From the NCBI GenBank assembly GCA_004558825.1, contig SFDB01000005.1, positions 2,894 to 66,893 on the forward strand: a DNA stretch of 64,000 nucleotides. The letters run 5' to 3'. The first letter of the stretch is position 1; each line of letters opens with the position of its first letter. The stretch comes from Clostridiales bacterium (GTDB lineage Bacteria > Bacillota > Clostridia > Christensenellales > CAG-138). The position numbers and the translations under genes are program-made. The notes beneath the pieces are model-generated. The model searched no databases and was not told the DNA's origin. It was given only the letters and a program-made list of their open reading frames with translations. Below are positions 25,837 through 37,907 of the stretch, piece by piece.

Positions 25837-27770
25837 TACTGCCCATGAAACGCATAAACGTGCTTGCGATGTCGTATGACGAAAAGGCGATTATGCGCAC
25901 GCTTCAAAATATAGGCGCGGTGGAGCTTGTACAGACGGAATACGAGCCGCCGAGCGACGATGAGTGCGTGCGCCTCAGGAACGAACGTGATAGGCTGTCG
26001 CACGCTTTGAGCGTGATAAATCCGTATGCAAAGAAGGCACCGCTGATAGAAATACTGCCGACGCTTTCTTTTGAAGAGCTCGAGGCAGGCAGGCAGAGAG
26101 CGTATGCGGTCATAGACGATATCGAGGGCGCAGAGGCGACGATAGCGCAGGCAAAGATTAGGAAAGCGCAATGCGAAACAAAGCTCGGTTCGCTTAGGCC
26201 ATGGGAGACGCTCGGTTCGCCGGTTGAGGAGCTGGCTGACACGCGAAGCGTACGGTTCATAACGGGATTTATACGCCACGACAGGCTTGAAAAGCTCGAG
26301 CTTCCCGAAGGCGCGTTTATTAGAACGGTATCGTCGATAAGAGACGATGCCGTTTTGATAGCTGCGCACGAGTCAACGCTCGACGCGCTCGGAACGGCGC
26401 TCAGGGAGCTCGATTTTCAGGAATATCGCTTCCCGACGGATATGAAGGGGAGCGTTCCCGATGCGATGAATGCGCTTCTTGGGGACATTGCGGCGCAGAA
26501 GGATATTATCGACAAGGCCAACGCGCGGCTTTTGGAGCTTAGCGACTCGAAGGGCGATATAAAGTGTGCGCTCGATTCTGTCTGTGTGGCGCTCGAACGG
26601 GAGGAGACGGCCCTGCGGCTCGGCACGCTCGGAAGCGTCTTTATGCTCGACGGCTGGATACGCGCTGAGGACGAGGAGCTTGTGAAGAATACGATATCCG
26701 GCGCAACGGATACATTTTACTTCAGCGCGCGTGACCCGTATGACGACGAGGAGCCGCCGACGTCCGTGAGAAACAGCAAGGTTGCGGAGCCGTTTGAGTC
26801 GGTAACGAATATGTACTCTCCGCCGGCGTACAGGGGAATAGACGCCGCATCGGCGATAACGCCGTTTTATCTGCTGTTTTTCGGCATGATGCTTGCAGAT
26901 ACGGGCTATGGAATACTGCTGGCCATCGGCGGGTTTCTCTATTCAAAGATAGTGCGCCCTAAGGGCGGCGTGCGAAGTCTTGCGAAGGTAATGGCCATGT
27001 GCGGACTTTCGACAATAGTGTGCGGCCTTGCGTTCGGCACGTTTTTCGGCATGAGCTGGACCGAGATATTCGGCGAAGCGGTCAAGCTGCCGTTCATACT
27101 CGATCCTATGAACGAGATAATGACGATGATATACATTTGCTGCGGCCTTGGCATATTTCACATGATGACGGGCATCGTTATAAAGATGTACATGTGCTTT
27201 CGCGACGGCGACTGGCAAAGCGCCATATTCGACAACTTGTCATGGATATTCCTTGTGCTTGGGCTTATCGGGGTGCTTGTGCTGGGAATGTCGGGACTTT
27301 CGCAATATGTGAAATACGCGTGGATATCGACGGCGGTCGGTGCGGCGATGATACTGTTTTTCAAAAACAGGACGACGTGGAATCCGATTAAGCGCATAGT
27401 TTCGGGCTTAGGTTCGATTTACGGCATAACGAGCTATCTCGGCGATACGCTGTCGTATGTGCGAATACTCGCTCTGGGGCTTGTAGGCGGCGCGATGGGC
27501 AGCGTATTCAATCTTGTCGGCGGTATGGTGTTTAGCGGGCTGAGCGGTCTGGGCACGGTCGGAACAATAATCGGCTTTGTGATTGCGGCGGCGGTGCTTG
27601 CGGTTCTTCACGCGTTCAGCCTGTTCATAAACGTTTTAGGTACATATGTACATTGTGCGAGGCTTCAATATGTAGAGTTTTTCGGAAAATTCTATGAGGC
27701 CAACGGAAGGCTTTTCAAGCCGCTTACGCTTAACACGCGCTACTCGAACCTGCGCGGCGGGGCGGAATAA
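25833..27770 (+). CDS. ntpI: V-type ATP synthase subunit I
   Basis: 645 aa: soluble N-terminal half plus multi-TM C-terminal half. Operon position matches. Confidence 0.85.
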   Translation: MILPMKRINVLAMSYDEKAIMRTLQNIGAVELVQTEYEPPSDDECVRLRNERDRLSHALSVINPYAKKAPLIEILPTLSFEELEAGRQRAYAVIDDIEGAEATIAQAKIRKAQCETKLGSLRPWETLGSPVEELADTRSVRFITGFIRHDRLEKLELPEGAFIRTVSSIRDDAVLIAAHESTLDALGTALRELDFQEYRFPTDMKGSVPDAMNALLGDIAAQKDIIDKANARLLELSDSKGDIKCALDSVCVALEREETALRLGTLGSVFMLDGWIRAEDEELVKNTISGATDTFYFSARDPYDDEEPPTSVRNSKVAEPFESVTNMYSPPAYRGIDAASAITPFYLLFFGMMLADTGYGILLAIGGFLYSKIVRPKGGVRSLAKVMAMCGLSTIVCGLAFGTFFGMSWTEIFGEAVKLPFILDPMNEIMTMIYICCGLGIFHMMTGIVIKMYMCFRDGDWQSAIFDNLSWIFLVLGLIGVLVLGMSGLSQYVKYAWISTAVGAAMILFFKNRTTWNPIKRIVSGLGSIYGITSYLGDTLSYVRILALGLVGGAMGSVFNLVGGMVFSGLSGLGTVGTIIGFVIAAAVLAVLHAFSLFINVLGTYVHCARLQYVEFFGKFYEANGRLFKPLTLNTRYSNLRGGAE

Positions 27771-27802
27771 TAAATAAATAATAATTTTGGAGGAAATAAA
27801 AG

Positions 27803-28270
27803 ATGGGTGAAATCAACTGGGGACTTATACTTGCGATTATGGGCGCCGTAATAGCGCCGCTGCTGTCCGGCATAGGCTCGGCGATAGGCGTTGGAAAAGC
27901 GGGACAGGCCTCAACGGGCGTTTTGGCGGAGCAGCCCGAGCGCTTCGGCAACTGCCTCGTGCTTCAGCTTCTTCCCGGTTCGCAGGGCATATACGGTCTC
28001 ATAATTGCATTCCTTATTCTGAGCAACTGCGGCATACTCGGCGGCGAGATGCCTGACCTTACGGGCGGTCTGCGCCTGCTTGCGGCGTCGCTCCCGATAG
28101 GCTTTGGAGGACTTGTATCGGCGATATACCAGTCGAAGGTGTCGATAAACGGCATAAACATGATAGCCAAGCGCGCCGAGGGGTTCGGCAACGCGATGAT
28201 GCTTGCTCTCATGGTCGAAACGTATGCGCTTTTCGCGCTTCTTGTTTCGCTTCTCATAGTCGTATCTTGA
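27803..28270 (+). CDS. ntpK: V-type ATP synthase subunit K (16-kDa proteolipid, 4 TM)
   Basis: 155 aa; LQLLPGSQGIYGLIIAF and MVETYALF motifs, close to my recollection of E. hirae NtpK. Confidence 0.9.
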   Translation: MGEINWGLILAIMGAVIAPLLSGIGSAIGVGKAGQASTGVLAEQPERFGNCLVLQLLPGSQGIYGLIIAFLILSNCGILGGEMPDLTGGLRLLAASLPIGFGGLVSAIYQSKVSINGINMIAKRAEGFGNAMMLALMVETYALFALLVSLLIVVS

Positions 28271-28289
28271 TTTTATAAAAGGGGAACAC

Positions 28290-28916
28290 ATGGCGAACGA
28301 TACAAACGGTCTTGACGCTCTTGTGGAGCGCATAATAAGCGATGCGCGAAGCGATGCGGAAAAGACGCTGAAGCTTGCGGCGGAGCAGTCGGACGATATA
28401 AGGCGCGGCGCTGAAAAGGAAGCGGCCTCCGTTCGTCTCGACGGGGAGCGGAAGCGGCTTGCCGCGCAAAACGCGGTTCTTGAGCGCAGCCGCACAAACG
28501 CGCGTCTCGACGGACGCAAGCTCATGCTCAAAAAAAAGCGGGAGCTGCTTGATGCGGTGTTTGACGATGCATACGGGCGGTTCAAGGCAATGGACGGCGA
28601 CAAGCGCAGGGCGTTTCTGCTGGGGCTTCTTATAAGGGAGGCAGCCGGCGGCGAAACAGTAATCGCGGCGGGGCGCGACAGGGAGCTTATATGTTCATTT
28701 ATGGACGAGGTGAACAATACGCTTGCGAAAGCCTCGAAGGAGCCGCTGAAGCTTTCGGATGAGGTTTTGGAGGCATGTGACGGCGGATTCATGCTTGCGT
28801 CGGAGAAATACGATAAAGACTGCACGTTTTCGGCGATGCTTGAGAATGTTCGCACGAAGTATGAGGGCGAGGCGGCGAGGCTGCTGTTCGAAAACGTGCC
28901 TTACTCGGAGGAATAA
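28290..28916 (+). CDS. ntpE: V-type ATP synthase subunit E
   Basis: 208-aa charged helical N-terminus plus globular C-terminus; operon position matches. Confidence 0.8.
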   Translation: MANDTNGLDALVERIISDARSDAEKTLKLAAEQSDDIRRGAEKEAASVRLDGERKRLAAQNAVLERSRTNARLDGRKLMLKKKRELLDAVFDDAYGRFKAMDGDKRRAFLLGLLIREAAGGETVIAAGRDRELICSFMDEVNNTLAKASKEPLKLSDEVLEACDGGFMLASEKYDKDCTFSAMLENVRTKYEGEAARLLFENVPYSEE

Positions 28917-29893
28917 TGCAGGGCGGTTATTTGTACGCCGTTGCGCGTATACGAACAAACGAAAAGGGGCTTTTGAGCGAGGATAAGCTCAGGAGAATGG
29001 CGCATACGGACCGCGCGGGCGCGATGCGTATACTGAGCGAGTCAGGATACGGTACGATTCATATAACCGACGAGACGGACGTTGAGGACGTTATTGCGTC
29101 AGAGCTTGAGCGGACATACGAGCTTATACGCGAGCTTGCGCCCGACAGCGAGGTTATACGCGTTTTTCTCATGCGGCGCGATGTAACGGCACTCAAAACG
29201 CTCATAAAGAGGCGCTGCCTTGGAGAACCGCTCGAGCGGGCGGACGTTTCGGGCGGAGCGTTCTCGAAGAGCGAGCTTGCGGCGATGGTCGCGGCGGGCG
29301 AATACGGCCCCATGCCCAGGGCGATAGCCGATGCGGCGCGAGAGCTTGAGCTGCGCCTTGCGTCGAAGGTCGACCCGCGCGACATATCGACGTCGCTTGA
29401 TAAGGCGTATTACGAATATGCGGCGAGCTGCCGCGACGCATTTGTAAGGGAGTATTTTGCCATATCGGCCGATTTTCAAAACATAATAACCATGCTGCGC
29501 ATGAAGCGAAACGGCGAGAATGCGGAGCGCTTCGAGGCATATATGCTCCCTGCGGGCAGGCTTACGGCGGCGGAGCTGAAGCGGTGCTTCAATGCGCCGG
29601 CGGAGGCGATGGTGTCCGAGCTGCCGCTCGGGAGCACGCGCGATATGCTCAAGCAGTGCGTCGAAGAAGCGGTACGCACGGGCAGCATAGGCGTCATTGA
29701 GAAGCGGCGCGACGATGTGCTTACGGAGCTTTTGAAGCAATATAAGTGGGAGTCCGATACGGTGATGCCGGTGCTCGGCTACATGCTTGCGAGGGAGCGC
29801 GAGGCGAAGAACATACGCCTCGTCATTACGCTTGCGCGGAACAACTTCGGCGAGGAAGCGATTGACGAAAGGCTGAGGGAATTGTATGTCTGA
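28916..29893 (+). CDS. ntpC: V-type ATP synthase subunit C (eukaryotic d-like)
   Basis: 325 aa starting YLYAVARIRTNEKGLL; operon position matches. Confidence 0.8.
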   Translation: MQGGYLYAVARIRTNEKGLLSEDKLRRMAHTDRAGAMRILSESGYGTIHITDETDVEDVIASELERTYELIRELAPDSEVIRVFLMRRDVTALKTLIKRRCLGEPLERADVSGGAFSKSELAAMVAAGEYGPMPRAIADAARELELRLASKVDPRDISTSLDKAYYEYAASCRDAFVREYFAISADFQNIITMLRMKRNGENAERFEAYMLPAGRLTAAELKRCFNAPAEAMVSELPLGSTRDMLKQCVEEAVRTGSIGVIEKRRDDVLTELLKQYKWESDTVMPVLGYMLAREREAKNIRLVITLARNNFGEEAIDERLRELYV

Positions 29894-30215
29894 TAACGGG
29901 AACATAGCTATAATCGGCGACCGCGATTCCGTGCTTTTGTTTAAGGCTATAGGGCTTGCCGTATACGCCGAGGAGACAGGCGCGGATGCGTCCAGGCGCA
30001 TAGCGTTATTGGCGCGAGGAGGGTGCAAGGTCATATTCATCACCGAGCCTCTTTTTGAGAAATGCGCCGAAACGATTGAGAAATATAAGACCGAGGCATA
30101 TCCCGCGATAATACCGATACCTTCGGGTGTCGGTGCGGGCGGCATTGCCATGGCGAACATAAAGGCGAACGTCGAAAAGGCGATAGGCGCCGACATACTA
30201 TTTACGGAGGAGTGA
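29886..30215 (+). CDS. V-type ATP synthase subunit F
   Basis: 109 aa with [18 protein letters not shown]; lies just before the catalytic A subunit. Confidence 0.8.
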   Translation: MSDNGNIAIIGDRDSVLLFKAIGLAVYAEETGADASRRIALLARGGCKVIFITEPLFEKCAETIEKYKTEAYPAIIPIPSGVGAGGIAMANIKANVEKAIGADILFTEE

Positions 30216-30219
30216 CCCG

Positions 30220-31992
30220 ATGGCGAACGGTACGATATTGAAGGTTTCGGGACCGCTGATAGTTGCGGGCGGCATGGCGGACGTGCAGATGTACGACGTC
30301 GTGCGCGTATCCGAGCATAAACTTATAGGCGAAGTAATTGAGCTTAGGGGCGACAAGGCCTCGATACAGGTATATGAAGAAACGGGCGGAATAGGCCCGG
30401 GCGAGCCGGTGGAATCTACAGGTGCGCCGCTCAGCGTAGAGCTTGCTCCGGGGCTTATCGAGTCGATATACGACGGCATACAGCGCCCGCTCAATAAGAT
30501 AAGGGAAAAGGCGGGCGACCGCATAACGCGCGGCATAACCGTAGACCCGCTGGATCACGAGAAGCTTTGGCACTTTAGGCCGACGGCGAAGGTGGGCGAC
30601 GAGCTGACTGCGGGCGATATACTCGGCGTTGTCGCGGAGACGGAGGCGGTCGAGCACCGAATAATGGTTCCGTACGGCGTTTCGGGAAAGCTGCTGTGGA
30701 TATTTGACGGCGAGGCGAACATAGTTACGCCGATAGCCAAAATAGAGACGGAAGATGGCATAAGAGAGCTGCCGATGCTTCAAAAATGGCCGGTCAGAAA
30801 GGGCAGGCCGTATGTCAAAAAGCTGCCGCCGAACGAGCCGATGGTTACGGGGCAGCGCGTCATAGACACGCTTTTTCCGATAGCTAAGGGCGGCGTTGCG
30901 GCCGTACCGGGACCGTTCGGGAGCGGCAAGACGGTTGTGCAGCATCAGCTTGCGAAGTGGGCCGACGCGGACATAATCGTTTATGTGGGCTGCGGCGAGC
31001 GAGGCAACGAGATGACCGACGTGCTTATGGAGTTCCCCGAGCTTAAGGATCCGCGCACGGGCCTCAGCCTCATGAAGCGCACGGTGCTCATTGCGAACAC
31101 GTCGGACATGCCTGTTGCGGCGCGAGAGGCTTCGATATATACGGGCATAACGATAGCGGAGTATTTCCGCGACATGGGATACAAGGTGGCGATAATGGCC
31201 GACTCGACGTCGCGTTGGGCCGAAGCGCTCAGAGAGATGAGCGGCAGGCTTGAGGAGATGCCGGGCGAGGAGGGCTATCCGGCCTATCTTTCGAGCCGAC
31301 TTGCGGAGTTTTACGAGCGCGCGGGCATGGTTGAAACGATAGGCAGCGATGGCCGCATCGGAGCGGTAACGGCAATAGGCGCTGTCTCGCCTCCCGGCGG
31401 CGACATATCCGAGCCCGTCTCACAGGCGACGCTTCGAATAGTGAAGGTCTACTGGGGGCTTTCGTCAAAGCTTGCTTATGCGCGTCATTTCCCCGCGATA
31501 GACTGGCTTTCGAGCTACTCGCTGTACCGCGTACGCCTCGAAGAATGGTTCAACGACAATGTGGCGGACGATTGGCAGGCGCTTGTTGACCGCGTGATGA
31601 ATATATTGCAGCTCGAGAGCGAGCTTGACGAGATAGTGAGGCTCGTCGGCATTGACGCGCTTTCGTTCAAGGACAGGCTTACGCTTGAAGCTGCGCGCTC
31701 CGTAAGGGAGGATTACCTGCATCAGAACGCTTTCCACGAGACGGATACGTTTACTTCGCTTAAAAAACAGCATATGATGCTTTCGCTCATACTGCGCTAT
31801 TTTGACAAGAGCCTGGAGGCGCTCGAGAGCGAGGTGCCGTTCTCGCGCCTTATCGCGCTGCCCGTGAGGGAGCAGATAGGCAGATTCAAATATGTGGACG
31901 AATCCGAATGCAAGGAGCGTTACGATGCAATAGTGAAGCAGCTTGACGCAGAAATACGGTCGCTCAGCGAGGAGGATATCGAAAATGCGTAA
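30220..31992 (+). CDS. ntpA: V-type ATP synthase catalytic subunit A
   Basis: Walker [17 protein letters not shown], the non-homologous insert typical of A subunits; 590 aa. Confidence 0.95.
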   Translation: MANGTILKVSGPLIVAGGMADVQMYDVVRVSEHKLIGEVIELRGDKASIQVYEETGGIGPGEPVESTGAPLSVELAPGLIESIYDGIQRPLNKIREKAGDRITRGITVDPLDHEKLWHFRPTAKVGDELTAGDILGVVAETEAVEHRIMVPYGVSGKLLWIFDGEANIVTPIAKIETEDGIRELPMLQKWPVRKGRPYVKKLPPNEPMVTGQRVIDTLFPIAKGGVAAVPGPFGSGKTVVQHQLAKWADADIIVYVGCGERGNEMTDVLMEFPELKDPRTGLSLMKRTVLIANTSDMPVAAREASIYTGITIAEYFRDMGYKVAIMADSTSRWAEALREMSGRLEEMPGEEGYPAYLSSRLAEFYERAGMVETIGSDGRIGAVTAIGAVSPPGGDISEPVSQATLRIVKVYWGLSSKLAYARHFPAIDWLSSYSLYRVRLEEWFNDNVADDWQALVDRVMNILQLESELDEIVRLVGIDALSFKDRLTLEAARSVREDYLHQNAFHETDTFTSLKKQHMMLSLILRYFDKSLEALESEVPFSRLIALPVREQIGRFKYVDESECKERYDAIVKQLDAEIRSLSEEDIENA

Positions 31993-33361
31993 GGAATACC
32001 GCACAATCAAAGAGGTCGTCGGGCCGCTTATGCTCGTCGAGGACGTTGAAGGCGTGAAGTATGACGAGCTCGTGGAGATAGAGCAGAAAAACGGCGAGAT
32101 ACGGCGCGGGCGCGTGCTGGAAATAGACGGCGACAAGGCGCTTCTGCAGCTTTTCGAGGGCTCGCAGGGGCTGAAGATATCCGACTCGAAGGCGCGTTTT
32201 CTCGGTCGAAGCATAGAGCTTGCCGTTTCGCCCGACATGCTCGGACGCGTTTTTGACGGCATGGGCAGGCCGAACGACCGTGGACCTGAGCTGATACCGG
32301 AAAAGCGGCTGGATATAAACGGCGCGCCCATAAATCCCGCGTCGCGCGACTATCCGAGCGAGTTTATACAGACGGGCGTCTCGTCGATTGACGGCCTTAA
32401 CACGCTTGTAAGGGGGCAGAAGCTGCCTGTGTTCTCGGGCTCGGGAATGCCGCACGCCAACCTTGCGGCGCAGATAGCGCGTCAGGCGAGGGTGCTCGGC
32501 GCCGACGAAGGGTTTGCGGTCGTGTTTGCTGCGGTCGGCATAACGTTCGAGGAGGCCGACTTTTTCATAAACGATTTCAGGCAGACGGGCGCTATCGACA
32601 GAACGGTTACGTTCGTAAACCTTGCGAACGATCCTGCGATAGAGCGTATCGCCACGCCGCGCATGGCGATAACCGCCGCAGAATATTTAGCGTATGATCT
32701 CGGAATGCATGTGCTTGTAATAATTACGGACATAACGAATTATGCCGAAGCGCTCCGTGAGGTCAGCGCGGCGCGCAAGGAGGTCCCGGGCAGACGAGGG
32801 TATCCGGGCTATCTCTACACGGACCTTGCCACGATGTATGAGCGTGCGGGCAGGATAAAGGGAAGAGCGGGCTCGATAACGATGATACCGATTCTTTCGA
32901 TGCCCGAGGACGACGTAACGCATCCGATACCCGACCTTACAGGCTACATTACGGAAGGCCAGATAATACTTTCGCGCGACCTCTATCGAAAGGGCATAAC
33001 GCCCCCGATAAACGTACTTCCGTCGCTTTCGCGCCTTAAGGATAAGGGCATAGGGCGCGGCAAGACGCGCGAGGATCATGCCGACACGATGAACCAGCTT
33101 TTTGCATCGTATTCGCGCGGCAAGGAGGCGAAGGAGCTTGCCGTCATACTCGGCGACGCTGCGCTGAGCGACGTCGATAAGCTCTACGCGAAGTTTGCGG
33201 ACGCGTTTGAGCAGGAATATGTTTCGCAGGGCTATTACACCAACAGAAGCATTGAGGAGACGCTCAACATAGGCTGGAAGCTTTTGTCGATACTCCCCAA
33301 AAGCGAGCTTAAGCGCATAAAGGATGAATACATCGAAAAATATCTTCCGTCAGCCGAGTGA
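31985..33361 (+). CDS. ntpB: V-type ATP synthase subunit B
   Basis: Start set to ATG 31985 ([16 protein letters not shown]), overlapping the ntpA stop. Matches the conserved B-subunit sequence. Confidence 0.95.
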   Translation: MRKEYRTIKEVVGPLMLVEDVEGVKYDELVEIEQKNGEIRRGRVLEIDGDKALLQLFEGSQGLKISDSKARFLGRSIELAVSPDMLGRVFDGMGRPNDRGPELIPEKRLDINGAPINPASRDYPSEFIQTGVSSIDGLNTLVRGQKLPVFSGSGMPHANLAAQIARQARVLGADEGFAVVFAAVGITFEEADFFINDFRQTGAIDRTVTFVNLANDPAIERIATPRMAITAAEYLAYDLGMHVLVIITDITNYAEALREVSAARKEVPGRRGYPGYLYTDLATMYERAGRIKGRAGSITMIPILSMPEDDVTHPIPDLTGYITEGQIILSRDLYRKGITPPINVLPSLSRLKDKGIGRGKTREDHADTMNQLFASYSRGKEAKELAVILGDAALSDVDKLYAKFADAFEQEYVSQGYYTNRSIEETLNIGWKLLSILPKSELKRIKDEYIEKYLPSAE

Positions 33362-33385
33362 CGAGACGCTTTTTAAGGAGGCAAT

Positions 33386-34015
33386 ATGTCTACCCTGCAG
33401 GTAAAGCCCACAAGGATGGAGCTTTCAAACCTAAAAAAACGTAAAGCCGTTGCTGTCCGCGGCCATAAGCTGATGAAGGACAAGCGCGACGAGACGGTCA
33501 GGCGGTTCATAGTATATGTCCGCAGAAACAAGGAGCTGAGGGAGCTTGCCGAGAGGAAGCTTGCCGATGCGATGAACGCGTTTGTGCTTGCGCGCGCTTC
33601 TATGACGCCCGATGAGATTGAGGAAGCGCTCTGCTATCCCGCGAGACCGGCCTCGGTTGATGTCAGCACGACTCATGTGCTCTCGATAGCCGTGCCCGAG
33701 CTTAAGCTTTCAACGACCGATGACTTCTCGTATCCGTACGGCTTTGAATCTACGAGCGCGGAGCTTGACGGCGCGGTTCGTGCATTGGCGGAGCTTCTGC
33801 CGCTGCTCATAGAGCTTGCTCAGGTTGAAAAGACGTGCAACCTGCTTGCCGACGAGATAGAAAAGACGCGCCGCCGCGTCAATGCGCTCGAATACGTTAT
33901 GATACCGCAGTTTGAGGAGACGATACGGCGAATAACCATGAAGCTTGACGAAAACGAGAGGGCGAATCTCACGCGGCTCATGAAAACCAAGGATATGCTT
34001 GCGGAAAAGAAATAA
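33386..34015 (+). CDS. ntpD: V-type ATP synthase subunit D
   Basis: VKPTRMELSNLKKRKAVAVRGHKLMKDKRDE N-terminus typical of subunit D. Confidence 0.9.
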   Translation: MSTLQVKPTRMELSNLKKRKAVAVRGHKLMKDKRDETVRRFIVYVRRNKELRELAERKLADAMNAFVLARASMTPDEIEEALCYPARPASVDVSTTHVLSIAVPELKLSTTDDFSYPYGFESTSAELDGAVRALAELLPLLIELAQVEKTCNLLADEIEKTRRRVNALEYVMIPQFEETIRRITMKLDENERANLTRLMKTKDMLAEKK

Positions 34016-34091
34016 AAGGTGCTTTTGAATTAAGGAGGAAACGATTGATATCTAACGATGGCACGGAGTGGTAGCCTCCTTTGGTAATATG

Positions 34092-34130
34092 GAAGCAGCC
34101 GCCGAACGCAATTCGTTCGGCGGCTGCTTC
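34092..34130. terminator. Strong 17-bp hairpin between the convergent ntpD and groEL genes (no U tract on either strand)
   Basis: GAAGCAGCCGCCGAACG-CAATT-CGTTCGGCGGCTGCTTC. Confidence 0.5.
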
Positions 34131-34189
34131 GCGCTGTAGCAGACTGTTCAACCTCCGCCGCGAGCAGCAGAGGTTGAACGCGCTATTTA

Positions 34190-36113
<1,924 letters not shown>

Positions 36114-36148
36114 TATATTTTTCCTCCTTGATAATAATCACGATCCTG

Positions 36149-36175
36149 TTAGCACTCATGTCGTTTGAGTGCTAA
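36149..36175 (-). promoter_or_regulatory. CIRCE operator (HrcA binding site)
   Basis: Perfect TTAGCACTC-N9-GAGTGCTAA between the putative promoter and the groES SD. Confidence 0.9.
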
Positions 36176-36185
36176 TCACGATACT

Positions 36186-36214
36186 ATGATAGTCTCTGCA
36201 AATATGTGTAGCAA
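36186..36214 (-). promoter_or_regulatory. Putative sigmaA promoter of groES-groEL (TTGCTA-17-TATCAT)
   Basis: Minus strand: TTGCTA (36214-36209), 17-nt spacer, TATCAT (36191-36186), immediately upstream of CIRCE. Confidence 0.5.
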
Positions 36215-36323
36215 GACCAATGCCACGGTATTATAACAATATTTGGAATATTATTAAAAAATACCTTTGCATTACTTAATATTGCTCGTTATTTTTGCGT
36301 TTTATTCACTATTTTGATACAGT

Positions 36324-36352
36324 TTTACAACAATGTGAATTAGTTATATAAT
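36324..36352 (+). promoter_or_regulatory. Putative sigmaA promoter of the dCMP deaminase gene (TTTACA-17-TATAAT)
   Basis: TTTACA 36324-36329, 17-nt spacer, TATAAT 36347-36352. Confidence 0.45.
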
Positions 36353-36373
36353 TATGGCGAGAGGTGAACGCAA

Positions 36374-36847
36374 ATGTGGAGTAAATGGGACGATCGCTTC
36401 ATGCAGATGGCGAAAATAATCGGTTCGTGGTCGAGCTGTTTTCAGGATTCCCGAAAGATAGGCGCGATAATCGTGAAAAACAAGCGCATACTTACGACGG
36501 GGTACAACGGGGCGCCGGCGGGCATAAAGAGCTGCACCGAGCGCGGCGAGTGTCTGCGGCGCAAGCTGAGCATACCGTCCGGCACGCGGCATGAGCTTTG
36601 CTACGCCATACATGCCGAGCAGAATGCCATAATTCAGGCGGCGAAGCTCGGCGTAAGCATAGACGGCGCGACGCTCTATTGTACTCATCAGCCGTGCGTG
36701 ATATGTGCGAAGATGATAGTAAATTCGGGTATATCGCGCGTTGTGTACGGTGAGGGATATCCTGACGAGTTTGCTCTTAAAATATTTGAGCAGTCGGGCG
36801 TACTGCTTGAAAAATACGACGGACGGGAAGCCGACGATGAAATTTGA
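36374..36847 (+). CDS. dCMP (deoxycytidylate) deaminase, ComEB-like
   Basis: Zinc motifs HAEQNAI and PCVICAKMI; 157 aa. Confidence 0.85.
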   Translation: MWSKWDDRFMQMAKIIGSWSSCFQDSRKIGAIIVKNKRILTTGYNGAPAGIKSCTERGECLRRKLSIPSGTRHELCYAIHAEQNAIIQAAKLGVSIDGATLYCTHQPCVICAKMIVNSGISRVVYGEGYPDEFALKIFEQSGVLLEKYDGREADDEI

Positions 36848-37907
36848 TTACGATGTGGCGATAGTCGGCCTGGGGCCTGCGGGGTCAACACTTGCGCGGC
36901 TTCTCGACAAGCACTTTAAGGTTGTAGCGATAGATAAAAAGCGTATAGCTGACGGCGGCTTCAAAAAAGTGTGCGGCGGACTTTTGTCGCTCGACGCGCA
37001 GGAGGCTCTCGCCCGCTTCGACATGACGCTGCCGAAGGAAATACTCGTTGACCCGCAGATATTCGCCGTAAAGACGATAGACCTGAAGGCAGGGCTTACT
37101 CGCGTTTATCAACGCCCATATGTAAACCTCGACAGGGATAAGTTCGATAAATGGCTTATGTCTCTTGTTCCGCCTCACGTTGAAATAATCCTTGACGGCC
37201 GCTGCGAAAGCGTAGAGCGGGACGGCGACGGTTTCAGGCTGAAGGTTGTGCACGGCGGCAAAGAGCGCGTGATGACGGCGAAATACGTCGTCGGCGCCGA
37301 CGGGGCGTCGAGCATCGTGCGCAGATGCCTTGAGGGAAAAACGAAAACGCGGCGCTATGTCGCAATACAGCAATGGTTCAGGGAGGGCAACGCGAAGCCG
37401 TTTTATTCATGCGTGTTTGACCGCGATACGAGCGATTGCTGTTCATGGAGCATTTCAAAGGACGGCATGTTCATATTTGGCGGTGCTTTTCCGTTCGATG
37501 ACCCGCGCGGACGCTTTGAGGAGCAAAAGCGAAAGCTTGAAAAGTACGGATTCGTATTCGGCGAGCCGATTAAAACGGAGGCGTGCGTAGTGCTCAGGCC
37601 GCGGCGGATGAGCGATTTCAGGCTTGGCAGCAACGGCGAGTTTCTTATAGGCGAAGCGGGCGGATTCATAAGCCCGAGCTCGCTCGAGGGCATAAGCTAC
37701 GCCATGAACACCGCGCAGAAGCTTGCGGAAATAATTAACGCGTGTTCCGATAGGCGTTCGCCAAACAACGCATACAGGCGCGCGGTGCTTCCGATGCGCA
37801 TCAAGCTTATGGCAAAGGTGCTCAAGTGCGCGTTTATGTATGTTCCTTTCCTGCGCAGGCTCGTTATGAAAAGCGGCGTTCAGAGCCTTGACATGTTCAA
37901 TGTCTGA
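36837..37907 (+). CDS. FAD-dependent oxidoreductase (geranylgeranyl-reductase-like family), substrate unknown
   Basis: Start set to ATG 36837 (MKFDYDVAIVGLGPAGSTLARLL, GxGxxG dinucleotide fold). Overlaps the deaminase 3' end by 11 nt. Confidence 0.7.
   Translation: MKFDYDVAIVGLGPAGSTLARLLDKHFKVVAIDKKRIADGGFKKVCGGLLSLDAQEALARFDMTLPKEILVDPQIFAVKTIDLKAGLTRVYQRPYVNLDRDKFDKWLMSLVPPHVEIILDGRCESVERDGDGFRLKVVHGGKERVMTAKYVVGADGASSIVRRCLEGKTKTRRYVAIQQWFREGNAKPFYSCVFDRDTSDCCSWSISKDGMFIFGGAFPFDDPRGRFEEQKRKLEKYGFVFGEPIKTEACVVLRPRRMSDFRLGSNGEFLIGEAGGFISPSSLEGISYAMNTAQKLAEIINACSDRRSPNNAYRRAVLPMRIKLMAKVLKCAFMYVPFLRRLVMKSGVQSLDMFNV

Noticed and set aside
27911-30196. Long minus-strand ORFs (314 aa and 365 aa, plus 247 aa at 30202-30945 and 288 aa at 31465-32331) antisense to the V-ATPase genes
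   Set aside because: They are Arg/Ser/Ala-rich and low-complexity, lack SD sequences, and lie fully inside well-supported conserved genes. These are shadow ORFs typical of GC-rich DNA.
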